NCBI GenBank assembly: GCA_024137785.1
Contig: JAHRHZ010000093.1
Span: 3,786,087-3,850,086 of the forward strand
Direction of reading: 5' to 3'
From: Ginglymostoma cirratum
Taxonomy: Eukaryota
DNA length: 64,000 nt
In this document: positions 13,531 to 26,525 of the stretch, piece by piece
How the letters are laid out: the number at the start of each line of letters is the position of its first letter
Position numbering within the stretch: position 1 is the first letter of the stretch
Program-made: the position numbers and the translations under genes
The notes under the pieces: model-generated
Databases searched by the model: none
Seen by the model: the letters and a program-made list of their open reading frames with translations, nothing else
What the model was told of the DNA's origin: nothing

Positions 13531-16081
13531 CCCCTTTCTGCAGTCCAGGTGCATTTTCAATCCTTCTCCTTGGAAATTTTCACCTCCACTACCCCAAACT
13601 GAGACAGTAGGAATGAAACATGACAATTACATCATGTCTTGGATTGTATCTCTATCTTAAGCACAGGCACTCTTTTGATCTCTCCAAGGATAGGCTGAGC
13701 TAACATCTTTGGTTCAGCATCTAAGCTGATTTATTCTATGGTAGAAAAGATGCACAGGATATGGAACTTCATAACAGATACATGCTACAATTGGTACAGC
13801 TTCTGTCTGTATCTCTCTACAAAGACAAGGAAAATCTGTACCCCCCCGCCCCCACCCTGCTTCCACTTTGGAGATTGCTGCTTCAATGTAAAAAGAATTG
13901 TTCACTCTTTTTCCCAAGTGGAGTTGGATCAGTTTCAAAGGTGTAAGCAACAGAAAAGCCACTGAACACCTTCATAATGTTTTTCTTGCACTCACTTTGG
14001 AAGTCCCAAACAGGGAAGCAATTTGGAAAACACAGCAATCCAGCCTCAATGGGAGCCAATTAACATTGCAAGTTTGAACACAGATTTCCGGCTAAATGCC
14101 AGCCTGCCACTGGAAATTCTTTGTTCAAGGTTTTCCTGGTGACTGGTCCTGGCTGTGGTTGGGGTTATTGTTGGCTGTGAGAATCTAGAAGTGAGTGCCA
14201 GCAACATTAAGCAGTTAAAAAGAGGTAAAATATAAACTGTCCCACCTTTCTATCTAAATTAGGTCAAATAGCTCGAAATATATTGACATTGTGATTTATT
14301 AGTTCAAATCTACAAGAATAATGAAACAATCCCCTGTGCTCTTTGTATTATGTGTCCCCTGTGTTGGCTTCCATCTGGGTTCAAAAGGGGACACTATAAG
14401 TCACAGAGAGAGAGAGAGTCTTCTTGTACCAATTATATTGGCCCAAGGGCAGTATGCTAATGAGGAAATAAATCGTACAAAACACTAAAATCACTGTCAT
14501 CACTGGGTTTTAATATGGTAATTTGTGCTGTAATGGAGTTCAAACACTCTACCTCATAGCAAATGGGGTAAATAAAATTCATATTGGTCTCTTTTCTTTT
14601 GGAAGGCAAGACAGTTTGACAGCCGACAGACGTGGGAAATGAGAGAAGGTGGCAGTTCATACACCAACAGTCCTTCCGCTGCCTCACAGTTCAGATTTAA
14701 TAATTACTTAGTAGGACAGACATATCCCGCCAGTCCCTCAAGAAGGTTCTGCTTCACACCACTTCACCAACAAAACTTTAACGTTTCTTTTGTCAGGTTA
14801 CAGCCATCTTAATTCAAACAGCAACAGGTCTTTGCTTAACACTCCACTCACATCAAGGAGAAAAAGAAAGAATGACAAGAAATTATTTAAAGAGCTATCT
14901 GTGCAGTTCAAGTTCCAGTCTACTGGGACTAGAACATGGTCCATCTGCCAGTCACTTTCCAGCAGACACTTATTCATTATTGTTGTATCACTTGTGCGTC
15001 TCATCTTTCTCTCCCCCACCACTTTTTTGCTGAAGGCATGTGAGTCAGCCAGTGGAATTGTACCCTGGTATGTGTTAGCTCTCTAGCAACTACCATCCCC
15101 AACACCAATCCCCCCCGCCAATCTCCAGGTCAAAACACACACATGCACACAAAGTGCAGTCATCAATTTCATTAGGTCTCAAAAAGTTACTTGGCATGTG
15201 GAGAAAAATCAGAGTTTGCTCAAAGCCGATCTCAACTATTAAAGAACTTTTCAGCAGCGGTCACTGTATAGTGAGGAAGAGCAGGAACCCTGGCCAAATC
15301 CTGCTCTTCCAAGCCCCATCGCACTGATTCCAATGAAGTATGTCCAATTGTAGCACCAATTGGTATCAACAAACTTGACACAGGAGGCTTGAACCCTCTA
15401 GACTGGCAGCATCTTTAGCCACATCATGGTTACCTGTGGGTAGCATCTTACAATAAAGAAGGGGGCCGTTTAGCCCATTGTGTCTGTGTCTTCTCCTTCA
15501 AAGAACTATCCAATTAGTTCCACTGATCCTGCTTTCACCATAGTCGAGATAGATCTCTCTCTTCATGTATATAACTTTTGAAAGTTTTTGTTCCTCAATA
15601 TCAGGAGAGTGTCACTCATGCATAGGCTGTCAAATATCATGTCAATCACATAGTTAAAGTGAAGGGTAAATAGGTGATGGAGTTAATTGATTAATTATCT
15701 TGAAACATATAATGAGAACCCACTGTTTGGCTCTTTTCCCTGGTTACATCCACAGAAGGATGTCTCTGGAAAGACAGCATGTGGTGTCTATTGGTGCACT
15801 TGAACCTTTTCATGACTGGTGGGCACTGCAGGGGTTGGAGTGCATCATCTCCCACACTCACCAACCAAATACTAATTTACATTTTGTCACTTTCCTTTGA
15901 CAGTTTGACTTCTGTCCTAGTGGTCTTTTAAGAGCCAGTCCTTTAAGTTAATTGTTTGAATTGCTCTATTGGCTTGCAAATGTCTGAAACAAAGGTCCGC
16001 TCCATTATGGGGTGGTTGACTCATTATGTTTCCTCTTTTGTTAGTTGACGATCAAGACAGTTAGAAATTGAGAAGAAAGGC

Positions 16082-16195
16082 GGCTCTTGAGGTGCATTGG
16101 TTGTGTCTCTGCCTGTGAGCCAGAAATCCTGGATTCAAGTCCCACCTGCTCCAGAAATGTGGAATAACGTCTCTGAACAGGTTGACTAAAATATA
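16082..16195 (+). mobile_element. Short tRNA-derived SINE
   Basis: ggctcttgaggtgcattgg...ggattcaagtcccacctgctccaga; related copy at 13415. Confidence 0.55.
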
Positions 16196-16227
16196 GCTGT
16201 AAGGTGGAAAGAAGAGATAACAAGCAT

Positions 16228-16627
16228 NNNNNNNNNNNNNNNNNNNNNNNNNNNNNNNNNNNNNNNNNNNNNNNNNNNNNNNNNNNNNNNNNNNNNNNNN
16301 NNNNNNNNNNNNNNNNNNNNNNNNNNNNNNNNNNNNNNNNNNNNNNNNNNNNNNNNNNNNNNNNNNNNNNNNNNNNNNNNNNNNNNNNNNNNNNNNNNNN
16401 NNNNNNNNNNNNNNNNNNNNNNNNNNNNNNNNNNNNNNNNNNNNNNNNNNNNNNNNNNNNNNNNNNNNNNNNNNNNNNNNNNNNNNNNNNNNNNNNNNNN
16501 NNNNNNNNNNNNNNNNNNNNNNNNNNNNNNNNNNNNNNNNNNNNNNNNNNNNNNNNNNNNNNNNNNNNNNNNNNNNNNNNNNNNNNNNNNNNNNNNNNNN
16601 NNNNNNNNNNNNNNNNNNNNNNNNNNN
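16228..16627. other. Assembly gap (400 N)
   Basis: Run of N. Confidence 1.
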
Positions 16628-17816
16628 GAGGGTGTCGGTGGAGGGGGATTGGTCCGTTCTGCGGGACAGGAAGAAAGAAGGTTGTTAGAGCTGGCTACCA
16701 ACCTGTCTTCTCAGTTAATGTCACACCTGATCATCCCTGGAGAGGGAGTGTCCACCAAGATTCTTGAGGCCTCCTGCCAAGTTTCCATTGAATGTCTGCC
16801 TTGTGCTACAGTGTCCTTTAAGGGGCAGACAGTAGTTAATTTTATTATAGTGGATTTCAGAACAAAAGGGGCAGCAAGATTGCGTAAAAGAAGAAAAACA
16901 CTGCTGTCAAGGGAAATCTCTGTGTCTTAGCTCCTGGTTCACTCCTTAGTTAGAATCCATTTGACATTGGCTCCTTGAATCCACTGTCAGGAAAGTGATG
17001 AATTGTAGAAATACCCCACCTCGTCAGTGGCTCTTTAAATAAATAAAGCAGCTCACATTTCCATGAGACAGGATTATGATTTCAAATGCAGGAGAACATT
17101 AATCCTGCCAGACTTGTACAGGAACTTAGCAGTATTCTCGAACTGTGCGTGCAAAATAAATAATCTCACCCACTCAAGTAAATAACGATTCAATATTCCA
17201 TTCAAATTGAAAACAAAAATTTGGAAGATAGAAGCAATGAACTAAATGCCCAGATCCTGTGTGGACACTGTTCCATAAATGTCTGGGAGCCTCTCAAAAA
17301 CTAATGCTCGCGCACTGTCTTCTGCAACAGAGCTGCAGTCTCCTGGTACTTACTTCTATTAACATTCACAGTTTGGTAGAGATTGGGGCAATAACAAAAA
17401 CAAAACAGAAAAGCAGACAGTAGCATTTCTGCCAAGCTCACAAGGTAGAGATACCTCTCCTTGAGTTGGATTAGTGACTACGTTTCACTAAAGGAGGCTT
17501 CCTGCCTTTCTGCTATTTGGGCAAAAATCCAGCAATGCCAGTCGATATCTGGCAAATGGCCAATCCTTACCGATGGGCACTTGCCCCCATCTTCCCCCAC
17601 AAGAGACAGAAAGGGGCACTAATGCCAACTGTATCTTTACCCCATAAGTAATACAGCCAGAGCACTAAGTATTCACTGGTTAATAAAATGTAGGAGAGCT
17701 GGCACTTGCTTTTGCCATAATCAAGCCTAATTAGCAAAATCTCTCTCTCATAAGATCAGTGCTCCCACAATTTCACCAGGGGGTTCACTGGAAGGATATG
17801 GTCTCTCCTTATTTTA

Positions 17817-18134
17817 GGGCAGCATGGTGGCACAGTGGTTGGCACCACTGCATCACAGTACCAGGCACCCAGGTTCGATCCCACCCTCGGGCAACTGTCT
17901 GTGTGAAGTTTGCACATTCTCCCTGGTCTCCAGATGGTCTGGTTCCCTCCTACAGTCGAAAGATGTGCAGCTAAGGTGGATTTGCCATGCTAAATTGCCT
18001 ATAGTATCCAGGCATGTATAGGTTAGGTGGATTAGCCATGGGAAATGCAGGCATAGGGTGGGTCTGGATGGGATGTTCTTTGAAGGATCATATGGGCTGA
18101 ATGGCTTGCTCCCACACTGTAGGGATTCTATGAT
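17817..18134 (+). mobile_element. HE1-type V-SINE
   Basis: tggcacagtgg and ggttcgatccc boxes, V domain, tail ctgtagggattctatga. Confidence 0.9.
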
Positions 18135-18989
18135 ATTTTGTTAAAAGATGCATTTTTCCCAGTGCTGTTTTAAAAGTGGATGGTTGGATAGTGATGTGGA
18201 GCAGGAGCTCTGATTGACAGTGACTAACTCAGCAAGGAGCACTGATTGAATCTTAAGCCTCCTAGGATGTGTAGCTCAGCACAAAAATGCATGGTGAATG
18301 TGTCCACTCAGACCTTAAGTGTTCTTCATTGCAAGGGTATTCTCCCCCTCTTTCAAAGTATCAGTGTCTCACAGCAAATAGTGAAAGTGATTGAATGTTT
18401 GAGTCCTGCACTCGAGCTGACTGCGTGGATGTGAAGCATGAGGAACACCCATGGAGAAATAAATGTCACTCAAATCAGGTCTGCCACTGGCTGATCAGAG
18501 TCAAAGTCCAGACTTCCCAGATAACCACGCCTAGGCCAGTTAACAAGATGCCAAAGAAACAAATGGGGACAGAAAAGCTGACAAAATGAAATCAATAGCA
18601 AGTTTAGATTCTGGATTTAAAGATACAACAGGGAGACCAAGAGATCTGAGCAGCGATGCACTACATGTGAGCTAAAGTATTTCACAAAAGGACTCTTCAC
18701 TTGCTGTGATTGATGATGAAAGCCACTGTTATTCAGTAACCTCCATTTACAACTGGATTTAGCTTTGCAAATTCGGCATTGACTTTTTTTTTCCCTCTCA
18801 TCCCTGTAGGCTTCAGACCAATTTTGTCATACAAATTGACTGGGAAATCCTCCAGTTCCTTTCAGCTCTTCTGATTATCGGTCACTTTCACGGAATCGTC
18901 ATCGAGAAACATTTGAGGAGTTTCCCATACAGTCTGTCTTGACTGGCATCAGAGGCCAGATAAATTGTATATTGATTAAAAGGGAGACA

Positions 18990-19290
18990 TCCAAAATGAG
19001 AGGACAAAAATAGACAGGAAAACAGAAAGCAAAATGGAGAGGATAAATGAAAGAATAGAGAGAAAGAGATGCTAAGAACAAAAGACAGAGATGAACAAAA
19101 ACAGGAAATAGACAGAGTAAGAGCAGAGAAAATGAGAGCATAAAATAGTGGACAAGAATCAGAAAGAAAAGATACAAATAAAGAGAGAAAAAGTTGATGA
19201 AAAACAGAGTAAAAGAGACAGAAGGAAGAAATAGGGAGAGTGAGGGAGAGACCACAGAACTAGGACAACCGACAAAAGACAGTGGAGATA
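18990..19290. repeat. Purine-rich (AG) low-complexity tract
   Basis: Almost all A/G on the plus strand. Confidence 0.8.
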
Positions 19291-20075
19291 AAGGGCTAGC
19301 GTTAAACGTTTAACATGGTCATATCACATTGTGCTGCCCACAGTTAGGGACCCATTTGAAATAATAGGTTAATCTCTGAATAGCAGCGAAAGGAATTGTG
19401 TGAGAGTGAACTACTAGTTCGGCAATATTGCATAAAGTTATATCTATATGGGGAGAAACAAAGAGAAAAAAGTAATGCAGAAAATGAGGGAGCAGTGAAA
19501 ACTAGACAAAAAAGGAATTTGGTTCAATTATGAAAGTACAGATACAGTTATTGCTAGGCATGTTAGAAAGTAGTCAGTTATTTCTGTTTCATATACAAAC
19601 ACTTGCCATAGATAAATATATACATATATTTCTGTCTGTTGTGTCCCCTTGGTTCAGGCAGACAATGTTCCTGCTTTCTGCTGCCAAGCACTGATCTCGA
19701 CGTAATGGGGAGCGAGCTCACTGCTCATCTCAAGCTATCGATTAGCTGCTACTCTCTTGAAAGATGCTACACTTTCTCCTACCATCTAGTTCACAACGGG
19801 TAAAAATTGTCCGAACTAATTAATGTCATGAAATGTCAGTTTGACATGGTGTGACAGGCTGCCTTTCAGACTCAGCTCCTCTCTGCTATTAAATGATATG
19901 AGCATCAGACAACTTTATTCATAGGTTCTCCTCTCCATCCCTGCATTTACTAAAGAGCATTTTCTAGTTAACAACACATTCAAAAATCAAATTCAATATA
20001 TATATTATATACATAATTTCACTTTACAGTGCATCTGGTCTCTTTATGACAGATCAACACAGACAGGTCGACAAC

Positions 20076-21124
20076 ATTGCGAGACATCAAATCCATTAGA
20101 TTCTCTTTTTCCCACTATACTTCCTGCTTTCTGCTCCTGAAAACATCAGCTCTCCAGTGCAAATACCCCGGGGCACTTTCCACTGCCCTCTGAAGGCTGG
20201 AAGCATGAGTGAGGTGAATGTCAGGTGAGGACACAATTGGTCCTACACATGGTGATGCTTGCTCTTCAATAGCCCATCATTTGAAAAGGACTCCCAGGCA
20301 CACAGCCAAATGGGGTACAAAGCATGCCATGGAACCGCTGATGCCATTTTGATGCCAAACTTTCTGGGAAAGGGTGATGAAAAATGGGTTGAATGGAGCT
20401 ATCTTTTGGCATCTCTTGCATTTAATGCTGATCTGTGGGGCAATGCCTGTGCCCACACCAGAGTAAGAGATTTATGCCATCTCACCCTATTCTGTTTTCG
20501 TCACGAGCAGTGAGGACAGCCATGTACCACTTCCTCACTTTTGAAGAAACTACGCGGTCATTTTACTACAGACCACAGGATCATACCATGGAAAGATCTT
20601 ACCACAAACCAACAGATCTCATTACCAATCGGTACCTCTAATAACAAACCAATGCGTCCTAAAACAAAGTAGTAAGTTGAATGACAAACCTGCCAATCTC
20701 TCTATAAACCAGTTCATCTTATCACAAGCCAGTTAACTTGCTTGGTGTCATACACATCCAAATGCCTTTAATACAATTCGTGAATGGGTTTCAGCTTTTT
20801 TTTTAAAAAATGTCAGCGTTACATACTTGATCACATTCACTCCTTAAATACCGGCCTTCATTCTTTGATTGAACTGTCAATAGAAAGCTAGATAAAAGGA
20901 ACTGGGAGTCCTTTTCAAATGATGGGCTATTGAAGAGCAAGCGTCACCATGTGTAGGACCAATTGTGTCCTCACCTGACATTCACCTCACTCATGCCTCC
21001 AGCCTTCAGACGGCAGTGGAAAGTGCCCCGGGGTATTTGCACTGGAGAGCTGATGTTTTCAGGAGCAGAAAGCAGGAAGTATAGTGGGAAAAAAGAGAAT
21101 CTAATGGATTTGATGTCTCACAAT
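20076..21124. repeat. Long inverted repeat: arms 20076-20297 and 20902-21124, 604-bp spacer
   Basis: Hand alignment of the left arm to the reverse complement of the right arm: 4 substitutions and 1 indel over ~222 bp. Confidence 0.97.
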
Positions 21125-22474
21125 TTTGAGGCCAGGCTCCTGATAGACCAGCATTCCATAACAGTTGGTGGGCTCATAGTAGCAAATCCAGGTATGAATG
21201 GCTGTGCATTTATTAGTTGACTGATTCAATCCACACTCAACTTCCATACAACCACTTGGCTCAGCAGACACGCTGTGTGCTGCAGTGCATTTACAACTGA
21301 ATTGGACTGGTACCATATTATGAGCAGCCTTTAATGTAACCTCGGCAGTCAGTTACAATACAGAATTTGGCGTGCTAAACTAGAAAACAACATTAACACT
21401 GACTGTACCTCAAAATTAATCCTTTAGGTTCAAAGTGGTTAAGAACATGCAGAAAACTTAAGACATATAATATAAATGTGTAAGTGTCCTTTCTTCTTCA
21501 GAAATGGCACGTGTTCTGCATCTTTAACACAAACCGTTGTGTCTGCAATACAGACTATTCACAATATCACAAACTATTATTTGCTCCAACTTTGTTGGAA
21601 TTTTACTTGCTTTTTGTGAAGACCTTGCATGTTGAGCAGTATCTGGGTGGTCAACTGGCCATACGTTCCTTGCGGTAAGGTTGCAGTGACTTAGCTAGAT
21701 ATGAGTTATGTTGAAGATTCAAGTTTGAAGTATGCGCTGAGGAGGTCTGGTACAGGTCAGTGTGAACTGCTTGCAGCTGTTTGGACTTAAAGCTGCAAGC
21801 CGATGTCATGGACATCATTTAGCCATCAGGAAAAGGCAGGAATGTTCATTCTCAATTTTTACTCTTTGGCTGGCCATAAGGTGTTAATAAGATGACTAGA
21901 GTCGGGGTGGGTTTGGAGGGAGAGTGTAGTTTGGTCTAGATCATGTAGATCTGAGCACACTGTAGAAGCACTGTCAATGTATATCACTTCTTGATCAGTT
22001 ACAATGCAATGCTGTTAAAATATCAGTGTCGGCAGACTCCTGTTCAAACTCCAGGTGTAGCAAAACTCTCCTTTGTAAATAGACAGTTAATCTTTGCTGC
22101 TTCAGGAGTTATTGGCCAGAGGGTCAATGATAGGACAGACATCAGTTGCTATCAGTGCCAACAGTCTCGGCTGTAAATACAATCAGCTGGAGATCTGAGT
22201 TACTTTCCTTCATGATCTAATAACCACCTACCTTGGAAAGGGTAGGACTTGCCTGTGATGAACCCACTACTTCCCCAGACATACAATGGTTAGCTTAACA
22301 CTCACATGCAAAAGAATTAAACAAGATACCAGAGGGCTGGCAATGTATGGGGAACTGAACCCTAGATCAAATGAGCACCTTATGAGGAGGAGGGAAGAGA
22401 AAGTGGGTTCTAGGATAAGACATAATTGAATTTTAGGGCACAAACCGTGATGTTCCAATAGGTCAACTATCGTT

Positions 22475-23232
22475 TAGTGGATACTACTCTTGTCACTGCA
22501 TCGTATGGTTTAGGTCCCACACCAGAGGTTTGAGCTCTAGTTTAATAGCTTATTCTAAAGCACAGAACAAAGTTCTTACTGCCCTCTCAGGTAGATGTGA
22601 AAGATCTCATTGCACTGTTTTAAAGAAGACAGGCAAGAAATACCTGGAAAATAGAAAGAAGAGTTGATTTTATCTAGTGCCTTTCATGATCTCAGGACAC
22701 CTCATGGAACTTTACAGGCAATGCATATTTTCAAAATAAATTCACTGCTGTGATGCAGAAACCCAGCAACTACTTTGTACACAACAAGTTCCTAGTGTGA
22801 AAATGACCCAGATACTCTGTTTTAATGATGCTGACCGCGAGATATAGATTGGGCAGGACTCTAGGGAGAACTCCCCTCTCTTTTTCAAAACTTTTACATC
22901 TCCCCCAGAGGGCAAATGAGACCTATCTTAACGTTGCATCTCAAAGGTGCATCTCTGACAGTACTGCAATGAACCCTGCATTGTGACTTGAGCCCACAAA
23001 TCTTCTGACTCAAACAGGAATACTACCAACTGAATCATGACTGACTCTGGTGTTCTGCTAAACCAACAAACCTCGACCAACATTACTAGAACAGATTACC
23101 TGGCTGTCACATTGCTTTTTGTAGAACAACCGTGGTATACACAAATTAGTTGCTACATTTCCTACATTACTAAATGACTGAACTTCAAAAGTACTTCATT
23201 CGTTGTAAGGTTCTTTGGGAACTCTTGGCATA
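22475..23232 (+). mobile_element. DeuSINE-like SINE containing a second copy nested in reverse orientation (~22655-23046)
   Basis: Outer copy: ctgccctctcaggtagatgtgaaagatctc...catttcctacattac...cttcaaaagtacttcatt; inner copy starts ttgattttatctagtgcctttcatg and ends cttctgactc...taccaactga. Confidence 0.7.
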
Positions 23233-24026
23233 TTAAAGAATACAAGATTCTTACTGACTGTAAGACAAAGGAAAAGATGAGAGATAAGGAGAAAGGAAGA
23301 GGTATCAAAACAGGAATTCACATGTAGAGAAGGAACAAAGAGAGAGAGTGTCAGAAAATGTACAGCACCAAGCAATGGTGACAAACAGAAAGGCACAAAA
23401 CTGGAAAGGGAATTAGACCATACCTTGAAGGTGAATAAAGAGTGAACTAGCGGTGGGTAAAGAGGTTGTTCAAGTGGATGGAAGAAAAACAATTCACACA
23501 GTGGGATAAATCAAAATCACTCAACTTAAAAATTGACATATAATGCTGACATAACTCAAGGAACGTACAACCATCTAAAGACACAGGGATCAACATGTGC
23601 ATCAAGCATGAAACATTTTCAATAAGCTTTATTGTGAATTTTCTGCTCCCATCTTCAAATATTTATATGATATGATTCTTGATTAATGAGCTCCATTTAA
23701 TATCTCATCCAAGAGTCCACTAGTCTGGATATTGGGCAGCCTGTTCATTAACATCCTGACTGGATTCTTTCTGGGCTGGAGATACAGTATATGCACTTTA
23801 TCAGCAGCAGTCACTGGATGTTGATCAGAAATTTGGGACCATGGATGATGTTTCTATCCTCTATGTTGTAGCAGAGACAATGAAGTAATAACAATTTGTA
23901 TAGGCACCCAAGTCGACATTGGTTAACTCTGCGGAGACTCCAATCAAAAGCTTGCTGGTTAGTCTGATGACGCTTCACCAAAGTAGCTTTCAGAATGTAG
24001 CCTTCCAAATGACGTAATACCCCCAT

Positions 24027-24549
24027 ATCTCAGGAAGGATGTACTGATCCTGGAGGGGGTTCAGAGGAGGTTCACGAGAATGGTCCCAGGAATGGAAAGC
24101 TTAACATATGAGGAACGTTTGAGGACTCTGGGACTATACTCATTGCAGTTGAGAAGGATGAGGGGGGAACTAATTGAAACCTTCAGAATACTGAATGGCT
24201 TGGCCAAAATGGATGTTGGGAAGATGCTTCCATTGGCAGGAGAGTCTAGGACCCGAGGACACAGCCTTAGAGTAAAGGGAAGACCTTTTAAAAAGGAGAT
24301 AAGGAGAAACTTCTTCAACCAGAGAGTGGTAAATCTACGGAACTCACTGCCACAGAAGGCTGTGGAGGCCGGGTCATTGAGTACATTTAAGACTGAGGTA
24401 GATAGGTTCTTGATTATCAAGGGGATCAAGGGTTATGGGGAGAAAGCAGGAGAATGGGGTTGAGGAACTTACCAGCCATGATTAAATGGTGGAGCAGACT
24501 CGGTGGGCCAAATGGCCTAATTTCTGCTCCTATGTCTTACGGTCTTATG
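24027..24549 (+). mobile_element. Young 5'-truncated CR1 LINE (ORF2 C-terminus plus 3' UTR)
   Basis: ORF 24080-24463 YEERLRTLGLYSL...RTRGHSLRVKG...NFFNQRVVNL...YGEKAGEWG; tail ctcctatgtcttacggtcttatg. Confidence 0.95.
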
Positions 24550-25427
24550 CTCATATTCAATGGTTGTTCTGACAGTGTCAACCATTGGCACTAGAATGAA
24601 GGGAAGTTTGTGAAATGTTAATGAAAGCAGTGGCTTGTGATGGGGAGAGTGAGGACTTTCTTAATCAGCATTTTCAACATGTTACTGAAAGGATCGACAG
24701 ACCATCTGTCCCACCACTCTGATCTGGATCTGTTCTCTACCGCAACTCGCAGTGAATTTAAATGTTTTCAATGAGTCTCACAAGGCACCTTGTTCATTTA
24801 CTTTCTTGGAAACAGGGATCACAGCAGGAGTCCAGCTTCCGTGCACAGATTCCATACAAGGGACCGAATTAAAAACCTAGGCATTCCAAAGAGCCAGTTT
24901 TAGCATAGCCAATGTAGTTCAGGGCTCCTACAAGCCAAACTAAAAGCTGGGGTCGTGTTTGTAATTATGTCACCCCTGTATTAAGCGGAGGCCGGGCAGA
25001 TACAAAGCCTGGACTACCTCGCCAGCCGGTGTGTCAATGTCAAGTGTTAGCAGGAACAAGTTGAGCTGGGATGCTCTTCCTTCTCGAAAAGCCTGCTGGC
25101 ATTCTGGTCACAAACACCACTACTTGATGGAGGGAGCAGAAAGACACCAGTGAACAAGGAAGAGTTCCCAGCTGAGGGATACAATGTGGTCAGGGAGGGG
25201 TGACAATGAAGGAGAATACTGGAGAGTAGAAGGTAACAATTGCCACTCCAAATAAGGGATTGACAGTAATGTAATGGTCTGTTCCTTCATGCAATGGTAA
25301 CTTCTCTTTCTTCCACCAGTCAACAACATGGTCCACCCCGACCCCAAACAGACACCTAACAATTTAATATCAGAATGGATGTGACGAATGAGAAATTTGG
25401 GGAGATTCCATCTACAGGAAGACACGT

Positions 25428-26059
25428 GCCTTATCTAAAGAAAGATATATTGACATTGGAGGCAGTTCAGAGAACAATCACTAGGCTGATGCCAGGAAAA
25501 TAGAGATTGTCTTCTGAGAAAAGATTGAGTGGGTTGGCCCTGGAATTTAGAAGAATGGGAGCTGGCCTTAACGAAATATATATGATTCTTAGGGGACTTG
25601 GCAGTGTGGATACAGGAATGTTGTTTTCCCCTCATGGGACAGTCTAGGACCAGAAGGCATAATCTGATGGTAAGGTGGCACAGTGGCTCAGTACTTTGTA
25701 CTCCTGCCTCACAGCACCAAAGAGCCAGGTTTGATTCCAGTCTCAGGCAACTGTCTGTGGGCTCGATGGGTCGAATGGTCTGTTTCCACATTGTAGGACT
25801 TCTTTGAAGGGGTCACCCATTTAACACCGAGATGAAGAGGAATTTCTTCTCTCAGAGGGTAGTGAATCTGTGAAATTCTTTATTGTTGAGGCTGGGTTGT
25901 TAAGTATATTCAAGGCTGAGATAGATTTTTAATCAGTAAAGGAATCAAGGGTTATGGGAAAAAGGCAGGAAACTGGATCAATTGTTATCTCACTGAATAG
26001 CAGAGCAGGCTCAATGGGCTGAATGGCCTGCTTCAAATTCTATGTCTTATGGTCTTATA
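25428..26059 (+). mobile_element. Degenerate CR1 3' end interrupted by a deleted HE1 SINE
   Basis: Homologous to 24027-24549; tail tatgtcttatggtcttat. Confidence 0.9.
25668..25805 (+). mobile_element. Internally deleted HE1 SINE (head joined to tail)
   Basis: gcctcacagcacc...ggcaactgtctgtgg runs directly into gctcgatgggtcgaatgg...tgtagga. Confidence 0.8.
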
Positions 26060-26525
26060 AGATAAATGGCAGCTTAATGCATAATCGTGTAAACACAGTC
26101 AAGTCACTAGACAGTAGCAGGCATTTTTCCACCACAATAAGCCGTGTCCAAACAGCTTTCTCCCAACTGTCATCATTTGTAGATTGTCATGGTGCTGTGT
26201 GAAAGGCTGGCAGCCAATAAAAGATGTTTACAATCAATCAAGTCATTTGCTAATGCGTGATAGTTGTGATTAACAGCAGTCTAAGGTCGTACATGGCCTG
26301 CTTATTACAGCAACTGGCCAACACTAAAGATTGGGCAGGGGAATTGTGCCAGGTACTATTGTTGGCAACAAGACAGATTTCCCCACTCCTGATCTGTATC
26401 AAGAAGCCAACAGTCATAGAAATGAGCAGTGACGGAAGATAAGGATAGCAAAAGATGTAAAGGTCAAAATCTGGTATCTTGCTCCTGAACGGATTCATCC
26501 CACACTCCCCGTGGATGGACCTAAA

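Noticed and set aside
16186-16767. Long ORFs of 171 and 187 aa
   Set aside because: They span the N gap and are artefacts.
18781-18942. Strong-looking acceptor ttttccctctcatccctgtag
   Set aside because: The longest frame (LQTNFVIQIDWEILQ...) stops after about 43 codons, with no good donor and no recognisable protein.
18899-19255. Hydrophobic membrane-protein-like ORF (also 23196-23492)
   Set aside because: Antisense reading of an AG-rich low-complexity tract.
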